Assembly: GCA_021399345.1 (NCBI GenBank)
Contig: JAAFKI010000051.1
Coordinates: 16,036-80,035 of the forward strand
Length of the DNA stretch: 64,000 nt
Direction: 5' to 3'
Source: Candidatus Heimdallarchaeota archaeon
Lineage (GTDB): Archaea > Asgardarchaeota > Heimdallarchaeia > Heimdallarchaeales > Heimdallarchaeaceae
The notes below the pieces were generated by a model, which made no database searches, was not told the DNA's origin, and worked only from the letters and a program-made list of their open reading frames with translations. The stretch's first letter is position 1. Each line of letters begins with the position of its first letter. The translations under genes were made by a program, and so were the position numbers. Below, piece by piece: positions 7,786 to 18,611 of this stretch.

Positions 7786-8844
7786 ATGACTATTGACAGA
7801 AAAAAAGTCATCGAAACCCAAATCGAACTAAGCAATCTAATAGGATGCCCTGGGCATGAAGTTGAGGTAACTGACTACATTCTAGTAAAACTGGAAAAAT
7901 TAGCTGTAGATAAAGCCTGGATTGATCCTCTAGGAAATGTATTAGCAATCAAAGAAGGTTCTGACCCCAACGGATTAAGAATAATGCTTGATGCGCATGT
8001 TGATGAAGTAGGATTTATGATTTCACATATTGATGATTTTGGCTTTATCACTATTGAAACGCTTGGGGGAATTGACAAACGCTTGATGTTGGGAGCTTTA
8101 ATTCAATTTCACACTACAGAAAGAAAAAGAATTATCGGTGTTGTAGGGACATCTCCACCTCACATAACCAGACAAGAAGATAGAGAAAAAGTTCCACCCA
8201 TAAATGAAATGTTTGTGGATATAGGGTGTAAATCATATCAAGAAGTAATAGATATGGATTTAGATATTGGTTCAGTAGGAACATTCTACACTGAATGTAA
8301 ACAGCTTAATGACAATATCCTATTAGGAAAAGCATTTGATGATCGTACAGCATGTAATGTTTTGTTACAAGTACTTGAACAGCTAAAGGATATTGAAATC
8401 CCAAATACACTTTTGATTACTTTTGCAGTGCAAGAAGAAGTTGGAGGTAGGGGAGCTACAGTAGCAGGTTTTACTTTGGATCCAAGTATTGCTTTAGCTC
8501 TTGAGAACACTATTGCTAGCGATGTTCCTGGTGTTCCTCCAGCAAAAATGATCACAAAACTAGGAAGTGGACCTGCTGTAACAGCAGCAGATAGATCATT
8601 AATTGTACCAAAGAAGATTCTTGATAGAATCAAAACTGCCGCAGACATGGATGGAATTACATGGCAATATAAGAAACCAGTATATGGCGGAACAGATGCG
8701 GGTAGAATCTCTTTAACAAGATCTGGTGTTCCTTCTGGTGTAGTTTCTGTCCCATGTAGATACATTCATGCTAATGCAGGTTTACTTCAGATTGATGATA
8801 TAGTAGATACAATAAAACTTGTTATAAACTTTTGTAAGATTTAA
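7786..8844 (+). CDS. M42 family (TET) aminopeptidase
   Basis: DAHVDEVG, GKAFDDR, QEEVG, GGTDAG, PCRYIH. Confidence 0.93.
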   Translation: MTIDRKKVIETQIELSNLIGCPGHEVEVTDYILVKLEKLAVDKAWIDPLGNVLAIKEGSDPNGLRIMLDAHVDEVGFMISHIDDFGFITIETLGGIDKRLMLGALIQFHTTERKRIIGVVGTSPPHITRQEDREKVPPINEMFVDIGCKSYQEVIDMDLDIGSVGTFYTECKQLNDNILLGKAFDDRTACNVLLQVLEQLKDIEIPNTLLITFAVQEEVGGRGATVAGFTLDPSIALALENTIASDVPGVPPAKMITKLGSGPAVTAADRSLIVPKKILDRIKTAADMDGITWQYKKPVYGGTDAGRISLTRSGVPSGVVSVPCRYIHANAGLLQIDDIVDTIKLVINFCKI

Positions 8845-10313
8845 TCTTTCTTCTTAAACGGATCTGGCCCTCTGAACCAAGAGAATGCTGTAGCAAAGAG
8901 CATGAAAACTGCAAACACTGCAAAAAGAACTTTCATTGCAGGTACATAATTAGCAACATCAGCTAAGTCTCCACCATTTCTTCTTTGGAAATAATTTTGA
9001 CTATATACGAAAACAGCTGTTGCCAAAGCAGTTCCTAAACTAAACCCAACATTAGTAGATAAGCTGAGAAGACCATTCGCAACTCCTAGTTTATTTTCTG
9101 GAGATGATGACATTACAGAAGTATTATTAGGCGCAATAAAGGCTCCTAGTGCAATACCAATAATAATTGCTATAATCACAAGAATCCAGTTCTTTACATC
9201 AGCTCTTACAAAAACCGCTCCGAACACTAGAGAAAGGGTCATAGTACCAATTCCAAGTGTGGTAATATATTTTGCATCAATTTTACCAGATAAATATCCA
9301 GAAATAACAGCTGTTGCTGCCATAGCTATTGGCGTTCCTAAGATTATTAATCCTGTTTTTATCTGAGACAAACCTAGAATATCTTGAACAAATAATGGCA
9401 GCTGAAAGATGATAACACACAACCCTAGATAAGCAAATACAGCTGAAAAAATACCTATCGAGAATCTTCTATTCTTAAACATAGATAGATCCACCAAAGG
9501 ATTATCCGTTTTCTTTTCCCATAAAATAAATGCTATAAAAAGTAATATGCTCATTCCTAAACATATTCCACTCCACGTTGCAGTATAACTACCAAAAAGA
9601 CTCACTTCGTCAAAAATGCTTGCAAAGATACTGAAACTAAAAACCATTAAAAAGAGAGAGAATGCTAAAAATGTAGAACCTGGAATATCTGATTTTCTTC
9701 TTGTTTCTTCAATTGGAGGTGTTTTAGGGATAATTACTTGAACCCAGAATAATCCTATTAGCCCTATAGGAACATTAATCAAAAATATCCATCCCCAGCG
9801 AAGATAAACGGTGATAACACCTCCCAAAATTGGTCCTATAGATAGAGCTAATGCAATAATTAAGGAATTCAAACCAATTGCTAACCCTCTGTTCTGTTTT
9901 GTTGTAAATCTAGTAATTATGGCCATACCATTAGCTACTAAACCAGTAGCTCCTATTCCTTGCAACACTCTGAAAATAACCAGAGCAAGGAGCGTTTTAG
10001 CAAAAAAACAGAGAAGAGAAGCTAAAGAAAATATAACCATTCCTATTTGAAAAACCAGTTTATTGGAAAACCTGTCACCTAAATCTCCTGCAATAGTTGT
10101 AAAAGCTATCATGGTTAATAGATAGCTTAAGATAATCCACTGGACTGCGTTCTGTGAAACTCCTAGACTATCTCTAATAGTTTTCAAGCCTATAAATACA
10201 ATTGTTCCATCAAGTGACGCAAGAAATGCTCCTAAACCAGTAGCTGAAACTAGAACCCAGATTTTAATTGGAGACTTAGATTCCTTATTATTCTCTGTAG
10301 AAATAACATTCAT
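8841..10313 (-). CDS. MFS drug:H+ antiporter (DHA2-like, 14 TM)
   Basis: LDGTIV, GDLGDRF, FRVLQGIG, WIFLINVPIG; ATG 10313 preferred over the upstream start. Confidence 0.9.
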   Translation of the reverse strand: MNVISTENNKESKSPIKIWVLVSATGLGAFLASLDGTIVFIGLKTIRDSLGVSQNAVQWIILSYLLTMIAFTTIAGDLGDRFSNKLVFQIGMVIFSLASLLCFFAKTLLALVIFRVLQGIGATGLVANGMAIITRFTTKQNRGLAIGLNSLIIALALSIGPILGGVITVYLRWGWIFLINVPIGLIGLFWVQVIIPKTPPIEETRRKSDIPGSTFLAFSLFLMVFSFSIFASIFDEVSLFGSYTATWSGICLGMSILLFIAFILWEKKTDNPLVDLSMFKNRRFSIGIFSAVFAYLGLCVIIFQLPLFVQDILGLSQIKTGLIILGTPIAMAATAVISGYLSGKIDAKYITTLGIGTMTLSLVFGAVFVRADVKNWILVIIAIIIGIALGAFIAPNNTSVMSSSPENKLGVANGLLSLSTNVGFSLGTALATAVFVYSQNYFQRRNGGDLADVANYVPAMKVLFAVFAVFMLFATAFSWFRGPDPFKKKD

Positions 10314-10380
10314 TAAGAACAAATTTTTGTTTTCACACTTTATTAAAAAACTTTTGCAATAGGTCGATGAAAAAACTAAT

Positions 10381-10947
10381 TTAATGTAAATCTTCAAATT
10401 CTTTGGCTAGGATGTCCATTATATAGACATCATGATATCTTCCTTGAAGAAAATGTGCTTCTCTTTTCAAACCTACTTCTTTAAAGCCAATCTTCTCGTA
10501 AACATGGATTGCTTTTTTATTATAATCCATTACCATCAATTCTAGTCTGTGAAAATTCAATATCATAAAACCAACTTTAAGCAAGCTAATCATTGCGTCT
10601 GTGCCATAACCTTTGTCATGATTTTTTGGATCGTGAATTGAAATACCAATAACAGCTGATCTATTTATTTGCAGAAAATCTCCGATACCACATGTACCTA
10701 AGAATTCTTTAGTTTCTAGTGTTTCTATGGCAAAATTATAACCTTTTCCTGATTTAGCTATATCATGAGAGTATTGAATGAATTCTTCTTCCATCATGGA
10801 AGACATTGGAATAACTGTTCCTAATCCAACACGTGATTCATAAGTATTCCAGTGTTTCATAATATCCTCTAAATCACTTTTTTCTAGAGGTCTTAATCTA
10901 ACTTTTTCTCCTTCAAAAGGTGATTTTGTTTGATAAATGTCTGGCAT
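10381..10947 (-). CDS. GNAT N-acetyltransferase, RimJ/RimL-like
   Basis: VRLRPLE, KGYGTDA, LNFHRLEL.V, N.KAIHVYEKIGF. Confidence 0.9.
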   Translation of the reverse strand: MPDIYQTKSPFEGEKVRLRPLEKSDLEDIMKHWNTYESRVGLGTVIPMSSMMEEEFIQYSHDIAKSGKGYNFAIETLETKEFLGTCGIGDFLQINRSAVIGISIHDPKNHDKGYGTDAMISLLKVGFMILNFHRLELMVMDYNKKAIHVYEKIGFKEVGLKREAHFLQGRYHDVYIMDILAKEFEDLH

Positions 10948-11094
10948 AAGTTTTGTTCAACATAAGATTTTAAGAATGTTTAGTTAACATATTACTAATA
11001 GAAAGAGGTCAATCTTCTTTTATGTAAAAAGTCATTTATATATCTGAATTAGACTAGACCATCTAAAATTTACAATCCAAAGAAAGGGATAATC

Positions 11095-14000
11095 ATGAGC
11101 TATATTAACAATTTAATGCAAAAAACCTTCAAAAGGAGATTAGGAAAGAACATAGGAACTTTGGTAGCTATAGCTCTTGGTGTATCTCTAATGGTGGGAG
11201 TGCAGATTACAATTACTAGTTTTACTGCAACAGCTGTAGACTTCTTTACAGATGCTATAGGAGAAAATGATATAATAATCAGTGGATTTGGTTTACCAAT
11301 TACTGATTACGAATCAATCATTGATACAATTGATAATTCTGGTATTGATTATGCTGCTATTAATGCTAGAATAACGCAAGATGTAGCCGTTTATAATCTT
11401 GTATCAGGTGATTTAGAGAAGGGTGTAAGTCTTACGGGTGTTGAATTAAATGAGGATCCAGTATTTGGTAAGTTTTATGATGAAAATGGCACGGAAATTA
11501 GAAGGCTTGATTTAATAAAACACTTTTCAAATGAATCACATGTTTTACTAGGTCCTGATCTGAAGGACGATTTGAACATTACAGTTGGGTCGAATATCAA
11601 AATAAGAATAGGAGAGTTTGATCCTATTGGACTTAAATTTGATTACAAAACTTATGATATGCAAGTAGCAGGTTTTCTCAACGATGAGGGGAAGGGGAAA
11701 GAATTAGGTGGGAGAGTAATTTGGACAAGTATCGATAATATTAGATCTATAGTAGGCTTTGCACCCAATCAGATTACAGAATTAAATATTGCATTAAGTT
11801 CTAATCACGATGAAAATCCAATTGATAATGATTATGCAATATATATAGAGGAACAATTGAAATTGATTCTTGATGCAGAAAATAATGGCTTGATAATAAT
11901 AGCCTTTAGAGCTTTACTTCTAGAAATAACAGATGAAGTTTTAGCTGATGTTCTACTAGCTTTCAATCTTTTTGGAGCATTAATAATATTTTCAGGAATT
12001 TTACTCCTGGTAAATATTCAACTTATACAAGTAGAGGATAGAATCCAACAACTGGGAATCTTAAGAGCAGTTGGAGCTAGACGGAGAGAGATTGTAAGAT
12101 TATTTATGGTAGAATCAACACTTTTTGGTTTGATTGGTTCTCTTTTAGGAGTTGGGGGAGGATACGGAATGTCAATTTTCTTAGTAAATCGCATAGGTAA
12201 AACATTCTTTGATGGAGCAATTGGTTTAAGGCCCACAGTAACAATAGGAGCTGTTGTCTATTCGATTGTCCTTGGACTAATTCTAGCTGTAGGTGCAGGT
12301 GTATTTCCTGCTATAAGAGCAGCTAGAATAGATGTAATAGAGGTAATTAGAGGAATAAAGAAAGTAGGTAGAAAGAGAACAGGAAAAATTACTCTAGGGC
12401 TTGGATTAGCTTCTCTTCTAGGTGGAATTGGTATCCTTGGAGCTCAGCTTGTTAGTTATGATTCATTTTTCACAAAAGCTGGATGGGACACTGCGATAGA
12501 ACAATGGATGTTTATGGGGGCAATTGCTGCTGTGTTAATGGGTGTGAGTTTATTACTCGGATATTTATTTTCGAAGAAATTTTTAGGGAATGGTATAGGT
12601 CTTACTTTTATTGGTATAGCAATAGGCATGTTAATATTTAGTGTGCCTCAGCTAAAGGATGTTCGAGAAAATAGTAAGATTCTAGTAACTCTTGCAGTAG
12701 TTCTAGCTTTAGGATCTATTATTTGGGTAGGTGTGAATTTAAAATCAGTAACTAACTTCATCAGAACAGTTTTGTATAGAACTCGTCTGAAAAAAGGAGT
12801 ATCTTTAGTTTCAAGCAAATACATGACCTCTAAAAGTATGAGAAGCACTTTGACTTTTGGGATTTTTGCTCTTGTTTTAACAATGAATATATTTGCAGCT
12901 GTCTACCAAACAACTTATTCATACAATACATTAGAATCTGTTGAGTTTCTAAGTGGAGGAGCAAGCATATTTATTGAGTTAGACACTCCAATTACCAATG
13001 AAACGCTTGTAAACGTTGAACAAGACCTTTATGCAGTAGATGAAGCTATTACTAATGTAAAAGGAATTAATTCAACAATTGCGATAATACAAGTAGATGA
13101 AGAAATAAGTGAGCTTGAAATCCCTACGGATATTTTACCAACATATGTTCACATGATTTACAATGATACCTTTAAGGAAGGGGACGATTATAAATTTGAC
13201 TTTATGCTTGATTCTTCTATACCTTTCTTCTTCGAAGATTACAAACCAGGAGGTTCTGAAAATTTTCAAAGAGAATATAGCCATCAAATATGGGATTTCT
13301 ACTACAACCGAACTAAATTTAGCCGAAATGGAACGGAAATTGATAATGTAAATGGTCTACCTACTGTCTTAACAACAAGTCCCTTTCTATTACCGGGTAA
13401 CATATTTAACATTACTAGTTTTATTGGATCCCCTGTTGAAGTGATAGTTTTAGCAAATGTTAGACAATATCCTTTCAGTCAAGGCCAGGGTTTGCCTGCA
13501 ATTCTAATAACACCAGATTTCTATCCGAAACTGATCCCAAACTTTGCACTTTATCCAAAACATACAAGATATTTAGTTAGTACTAGTGAGGATTTCAAAA
13601 ATGGACGAAACACAGAAATAGCAAGTAATATTGAAGAATTTTTCAACGGTAACGATTCTCTGCTTGTTCAAACTGAAGATTTTGTAGCAGCGTCTTCTTA
13701 TGATGTTTGGGAAGTCATGTTGGAATTTGTAGATTTCCAAGTAAAAACATTTGATTTCCTACAATACTTTGTAGGATTTGGACTAATTGTTGGAGCTCTT
13801 GGAATGATAATCATAGCAGTTAGAAATGTAGCGGAGAGGAGAAGAGAAATTGGTATGATGAGAGCGATAGGTTACAAGAAGAGACAAATCATTGGTACGA
13901 TCATGATAGAAATATTCATCCTAGCAATACTAGGTCTAGTCATGGGATTCCTAAATAGCTTGATGTTAGGGTGGGCTTTTGCTAATATCTATGACTGGAG

Positions 14001-14133
14001 TTTAGTTCTCCCAGGTTGGAGAATATTGATTTATACGGGGATTATGATTGGAATTGCTATTGTAGCATCAATAGTTCCAGGAATAAGAGCGAGTCAAATA
14101 ACTCCAGCTGAAGCAATAAGATATGTAGGGTGA
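11095..14133 (+). CDS. ABC transporter permease, FtsX/MacB-like with two FtsX domains
   Basis: DRIQQLGILRAVGA and ERRREIGMMRAIG motifs; large extracellular loops. Confidence 0.9.
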   Translation: MSYINNLMQKTFKRRLGKNIGTLVAIALGVSLMVGVQITITSFTATAVDFFTDAIGENDIIISGFGLPITDYESIIDTIDNSGIDYAAINARITQDVAVYNLVSGDLEKGVSLTGVELNEDPVFGKFYDENGTEIRRLDLIKHFSNESHVLLGPDLKDDLNITVGSNIKIRIGEFDPIGLKFDYKTYDMQVAGFLNDEGKGKELGGRVIWTSIDNIRSIVGFAPNQITELNIALSSNHDENPIDNDYAIYIEEQLKLILDAENNGLIIIAFRALLLEITDEVLADVLLAFNLFGALIIFSGILLLVNIQLIQVEDRIQQLGILRAVGARRREIVRLFMVESTLFGLIGSLLGVGGGYGMSIFLVNRIGKTFFDGAIGLRPTVTIGAVVYSIVLGLILAVGAGVFPAIRAARIDVIEVIRGIKKVGRKRTGKITLGLGLASLLGGIGILGAQLVSYDSFFTKAGWDTAIEQWMFMGAIAAVLMGVSLLLGYLFSKKFLGNGIGLTFIGIAIGMLIFSVPQLKDVRENSKILVTLAVVLALGSIIWVGVNLKSVTNFIRTVLYRTRLKKGVSLVSSKYMTSKSMRSTLTFGIFALVLTMNIFAAVYQTTYSYNTLESVEFLSGGASIFIELDTPITNETLVNVEQDLYAVDEAITNVKGINSTIAIIQVDEEISELEIPTDILPTYVHMIYNDTFKEGDDYKFDFMLDSSIPFFFEDYKPGGSENFQREYSHQIWDFYYNRTKFSRNGTEIDNVNGLPTVLTTSPFLLPGNIFNITSFIGSPVEVIVLANVRQYPFSQGQGLPAILITPDFYPKLIPNFALYPKHTRYLVSTSEDFKNGRNTEIASNIEEFFNGNDSLLVQTEDFVAASSYDVWEVMLEFVDFQVKTFDFLQYFVGFGLIVGALGMIIIAVRNVAERRREIGMMRAIGYKKRQIIGTIMIEIFILAILGLVMGFLNSLMLGWAFANIYDWSLVLPGWRILIYTGIMIGIAIVASIVPGIRASQITPAEAIRYVG

Positions 14134-14137
14134 TACA

Positions 14138-14842
14138 ATGAGTGAAGAAATAATACTAAAAACAAAAAACCTGCATAAGAAATATGCTGAAGGAACATCA
14201 ATGGAAGTACATGCTTTAAGAGGTGTTGATATAGAGATCAAAAAAGGAGAAATGGTTGCGATCATGGGTCCAAGCGGATGCGGCAAAACTACTCTCTTAA
14301 ACCTTCTAGGTGGCATTGACCAACCTTCAGAAGGAATTATTTATATCAACAATCAAGATATAAATCAATTAACAGATACTGAAGTAACTGAATTTAGGCT
14401 CCATAATATCGGGTATATTTTTCAGTTGTTTAATCTGTTTGAATTTCTTTCAGCTTTAGACAATACAGCTCTGCCTTTACTATTAACTAAAATAACTAAG
14501 TTGGAAGCTGAAGAAGAAGCAAAAATGATGCTTAGACAAATGGGTCTGGGTGACAAGATTTTTCATCTTCCAAATGAGCTAAGTGGAGGAGAGCAGCAAA
14601 GAGTAGCTGTATCAAGAGCCCTCTTGATGAATCCTGCAATTATTCTTGGTGATGAGCCAACTGGTGATTTAGACCAAGAAACTTCAACAGAAATTATGAA
14701 TTTATTTGTTTCAATTAATGAAAATTACAATCAAACATTTCTTGTTGTTACTCATTCAGAACATATAGCGAAATTTTGCCACAGAACTATCCGCATTGTA
14801 GATGGGGTGATTGTTGATGATGGGAAGAAGGTGAAAAAATGA
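14138..14842 (+). CDS. ABC transporter ATP-binding protein (LolD/MacB-like)
   Basis: GPSGCGKT, LSGGEQQR, DEPTGDLD, VTH. Confidence 0.95.
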   Translation: MSEEIILKTKNLHKKYAEGTSMEVHALRGVDIEIKKGEMVAIMGPSGCGKTTLLNLLGGIDQPSEGIIYINNQDINQLTDTEVTEFRLHNIGYIFQLFNLFEFLSALDNTALPLLLTKITKLEAEEEAKMMLRQMGLGDKIFHLPNELSGGEQQRVAVSRALLMNPAIILGDEPTGDLDQETSTEIMNLFVSINENYNQTFLVVTHSEHIAKFCHRTIRIVDGVIVDDGKKVKK

Positions 14843-16692
14843 ACGAATATGTAACTATACCAACTTATGGTACTGTGGAACTTACCCTAGGGGTTCTAAT
14901 TAACAAACTAAATAGAGATTCACTTGATTTATTTACAAAAAGAGTACGTAGATATCTAAAACAAAAACTAAAAGCTATGTCAATAGATGTACTTGAGGTT
15001 AATACATTTCTTATTTTTACATGTAGTTTTCCTCTTGAAGAAGTTGAAAATGATGAACAAAGAAAAACTGTTGTCAACCAAGTTGAGAATATAATTCAAG
15101 ATTATTGTAAAAAAGAATGTGGCCTCTATGCAAAACAAATCCGCAAAAATGTTGAGATTCGAGATATAACAAAAATGATTGTTCAATTAGTAAAAAGCTC
15201 AACTTCTGAAAAAGACAAATCTTTGTTGGAAAATATTGTGGAAATAACAGCTGATATTGATGATAGGGTTATTTATCATGTAAGTGATGTTTTGCTAAAC
15301 AGCTTTATCGCCATTTGGGATTTTCCTAGAGATTATCCGGACATTATTATGTTTCCAGATTTAATCCTAAAACGAGAAGTAAGTGATAAAAAGCAAAATA
15401 TTCCTCTCAGATTAATAGCTGAAAATTTGCTTATAATGCAATTTGGAAAAGCATGTTCAAACAATCTTAAGCCTATATTGAAATCTTTAGAAGAAGCAAT
15501 ATTAACACTTGAGAACTTGTTACAAGATTCTAAAAAGATTAAGAATTTAGAAGAGAATATGAGTAATAAACTATGGAGAACCTTGAGAGTGATTTTTGGC
15601 TTGCTTTCTTCAACACAACAAGTAGTTTCAGTTCAATTAAAGCAAATCAACCGAATTGCTCAAGTAAGAAATGATCTAGTTGAAGAAGTTAGGAAACTAG
15701 ACTATGCTCCATTATTGGATTATATAATGCTTCTTGATACAATTATGCAGTGTTCTGACCATATTGAACGATTGAATAATCTTCAAACACAAGTAAAACA
15801 AAATTATCAAACTTTACTTAATATCATAAATCATTTCAAAGATGTTCCTGAAAGAGAAGTTGAAGATGTTAAAGATTTATCCTTGATATTCATCAAAACA
15901 TTAGCAGAAATTCAGCTAATGAAATTTTTCTCAGATAAGTTTCGTGATTTAGCTTATTTCCAAACTATTCCAACTAAAGTTTCTCTAGAAAAAGTAGAAA
16001 AAATAGCTATAGATTCAGATATAATTCTAAAAGGGGTTGCACTTTTCAAAACTTATCGTCTAGTTGGGTCAACAGTTTATGCTCTACGGGGAATAGATGT
16101 TGAACTTAAGAAAGGAGAAATGACTGCTTTAGTTGGACCTTCAGGATCTGGCAAGACGACATTACTAAATCTTCTTTCAGGGTTAGATACACCAAATAGA
16201 GGAGCGGTGTTCCTTTTAGGTAGAAACATAGATACAATGACTGATGCAGAAGTCTCGATGTTTAGACGAAGAAATATGGGATTCATTTTCCAATATTATA
16301 ATCTAATTCCACAATTAACAGTTCTCGAAAATGTTATGTTACCTGCTCTGATGATAAATAGACCAAAGAAAGAAGCAAGAGCAAAGGCAATCGAATTGAT
16401 TAAAGAAGTTGGATTAGAAAGATTTCAGAATCAGTTTCCAATAAAACTATCAGGCGGGCAAATGCAACGTGTAACCATAGCCCGTTCCATGATTAATGAT
16501 CCAGCTGTCCTTTTTGCAGATGAACCAACAGGTGACTTAGATTCAGAAACAGGTCAGGTAGTTATTGACTTAATAAGAAAATTTGCCAAAGAAAAGAATA
16601 CAGCGGTTATATTAGTGACTCATGATTTAGAGATGGCAAAGATTTGTGACCGAATAATTGAGATGGGAGACGGAAGATTAGTTTCTAATTAA
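14839..16692 (+). CDS. LolD-like ABC ATPase with ~390-aa N-terminal helical domain
   Basis: C-terminal GPSGSGKT, LSGGQMQR, DEPTGDLD; N-terminal amphipathic helices. Confidence 0.88.
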   Translation: MNEYVTIPTYGTVELTLGVLINKLNRDSLDLFTKRVRRYLKQKLKAMSIDVLEVNTFLIFTCSFPLEEVENDEQRKTVVNQVENIIQDYCKKECGLYAKQIRKNVEIRDITKMIVQLVKSSTSEKDKSLLENIVEITADIDDRVIYHVSDVLLNSFIAIWDFPRDYPDIIMFPDLILKREVSDKKQNIPLRLIAENLLIMQFGKACSNNLKPILKSLEEAILTLENLLQDSKKIKNLEENMSNKLWRTLRVIFGLLSSTQQVVSVQLKQINRIAQVRNDLVEEVRKLDYAPLLDYIMLLDTIMQCSDHIERLNNLQTQVKQNYQTLLNIINHFKDVPEREVEDVKDLSLIFIKTLAEIQLMKFFSDKFRDLAYFQTIPTKVSLEKVEKIAIDSDIILKGVALFKTYRLVGSTVYALRGIDVELKKGEMTALVGPSGSGKTTLLNLLSGLDTPNRGAVFLLGRNIDTMTDAEVSMFRRRNMGFIFQYYNLIPQLTVLENVMLPALMINRPKKEARAKAIELIKEVGLERFQNQFPIKLSGGQMQRVTIARSMINDPAVLFADEPTGDLDSETGQVVIDLIRKFAKEKNTAVILVTHDLEMAKICDRIIEMGDGRLVSN

Positions 16693-18044
16693 ATTCGTTT
16701 TCTTTCTATTTTTTTAATTTTCTTAACCCATCTATCGAACTTTTCTGGGTTTTCTGGATAATTTTGAGACAGTTTCTTTATTTTCTCTGCAAGAAGTAAA
16801 CCTTTGGCAACTTTAATGAGTAGTTTGGGTTTTCTTAAACCTTTGAATACCTTTTGTAATATAGGTAGTTTAACAGCTGTTGAGTACATTATGGAGTCTA
16901 CGTCTTCTTGCGAAATAATACCTTTTTCAAAAAGAAAAGAGAAATCGCTGAAAGGAACTGAATTGAGCAGCTTGTGAACTGCTATACCTAATCCTCCATC
17001 ATAACCATACTCCTTCCATATTTTGATGTTATATTTCCAGAGAAAACTCTCAGTGAAATCTTGATTTCTTATTGCTAACTCAACAATTTCTGAAGCATAG
17101 TATGCACTCAATAACGCTGGTCCATGCCCCTCACCGCTAATTGGGTTAACAAGTGTAGCTGCATCTCCACAAGTGATGAAACCATCACAAACCATTGAAT
17201 ATAGAGGTAAGCGACCAGGAAGAGTGTCTCCAGCTCCGTCCAAAACTTTGGAATCCGGAAAGATTTTTTTCCGAAGTATTTCTAAAATGGTTTTGGTATT
17301 CGAATCTTTGTTATTATCGTTCAATAACCACCCAACTCCAATATTCAGCTGTTTTTCTCCTTTAGAAAAAATCCAAAAATATCCAGGAGGTGGCATCTCA
17401 TCGTGATATTCTATTCTCATTTGCTTTTGATAATCATGTGGTTTGGAGGTTTCGATAATTTCTCTATAGGATACAATGGTTTCTCTTTTGAGTAGTTTTT
17501 TTGAAAACTTATTACATACAGAATCTGGGATAGTTCTTCTAACAATACCTGTGATACCTGAACAATCGGCTACTATCTTGGCATAGATACTGATAATATG
17601 ACCATTGGATTGACGGATTTTACATCCTACTACTTTGTTTTTTTCAATTATCGTTTCAACCGCTTTATGATTTGGTTTGAAGGTTACACTTGAATAATCT
17701 GTAAGAGACTTCAGTAGTCGTTGACCATATTTTAATCTATCAATAGTCTGTGAAGTGAAATCTATAGATAATTCGAAATCCAAAACAGGACGAAAATGTG
17801 CTGAATCAAGGTTCTCTGCAACTTCCTCACCTCTTGGTTGCATTATTCCAGAGAGCTCAAATAATCTTCTTGTTGAATTTGGACTCAATGCATCTCCACA
17901 TGGCTTGTAACCTACTTCTTTCTTTGGTTTTTGATCTATCAGTATTGTTGAGATGTTTCTTTTTCCAAGATTAATAGCCAAGCTTACTCCTGCGGGTCCT
18001 GCACCAACAATTAGTACATCAGTATCAATGTGTTGCTTCAGCAT
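16689..18044 (-). CDS. Geranylgeranyl reductase family (digeranylgeranylglycerophospholipid reductase-like)
   Basis: GAGPAG, KPCGDA, GYFWIFSKG, GDAATLVNPISGEG. Confidence 0.9.
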   Translation of the reverse strand: MLKQHIDTDVLIVGAGPAGVSLAINLGKRNISTILIDQKPKKEVGYKPCGDALSPNSTRRLFELSGIMQPRGEEVAENLDSAHFRPVLDFELSIDFTSQTIDRLKYGQRLLKSLTDYSSVTFKPNHKAVETIIEKNKVVGCKIRQSNGHIISIYAKIVADCSGITGIVRRTIPDSVCNKFSKKLLKRETIVSYREIIETSKPHDYQKQMRIEYHDEMPPPGYFWIFSKGEKQLNIGVGWLLNDNNKDSNTKTILEILRKKIFPDSKVLDGAGDTLPGRLPLYSMVCDGFITCGDAATLVNPISGEGHGPALLSAYYASEIVELAIRNQDFTESFLWKYNIKIWKEYGYDGGLGIAVHKLLNSVPFSDFSFLFEKGIISQEDVDSIMYSTAVKLPILQKVFKGLRKPKLLIKVAKGLLLAEKIKKLSQNYPENPEKFDRWVKKIKKIERKRI

Positions 18045-18125
18045 TAGAATGTTATTGAAATCATGAGATTAAAAATTTTTCATAACGATTAAATTTTTAC
18101 AGATGAGATATCTTAAATATTCAAA

Positions 18126-18605
18126 GTGAATCCTAATTCAATAATGCAACCCAATTCTAAAATACATTTTTACCAAGAAATAATAAAAAAAGCTCACGAT
18201 TCATTCCGTGAATTTCTTGTTCATTTACCAGAAGACATTCTTGAATGGCAAATACATGAATCTTTGAATTCTGTTAGGTGGATAATAGAGCATGTAATAC
18301 ATGATCAGTTGTGGATAGCTAATGTAATAATGAATAATTATGAAGAAGGTTATCATTTCGAGGAAAGCGTTGATCAATATTCTCTGGATGAACTTGTAGA
18401 GAAGTATGATGATGTTTTTATAGCGATTGAAGAGAAATTTGCAGATCTCAAAGAAGAACATCTAAATGAAGCAAGAATGTATAAAGAATTTAGTCTCTCT
18501 GTTGAAGATTGGCTATATGAATACATTCATCATTTAAATCATCATAGCGGTGAAATTAGTTTAATATTAACAGCTTGGAAGAGAAAGAAGCGATCTTTAC
18601 AATAA
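18126..18605 (+). CDS. DinB/YfiT family protein
   Basis: NSVRWIIEH...HHLNHHSGEI four-helix-bundle metal motif. Confidence 0.8.
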   Translation: MNPNSIMQPNSKIHFYQEIIKKAHDSFREFLVHLPEDILEWQIHESLNSVRWIIEHVIHDQLWIANVIMNNYEEGYHFEESVDQYSLDELVEKYDDVFIAIEEKFADLKEEHLNEARMYKEFSLSVEDWLYEYIHHLNHHSGEISLILTAWKRKKRSLQ

Positions 18606-18611
18606 GAACGC

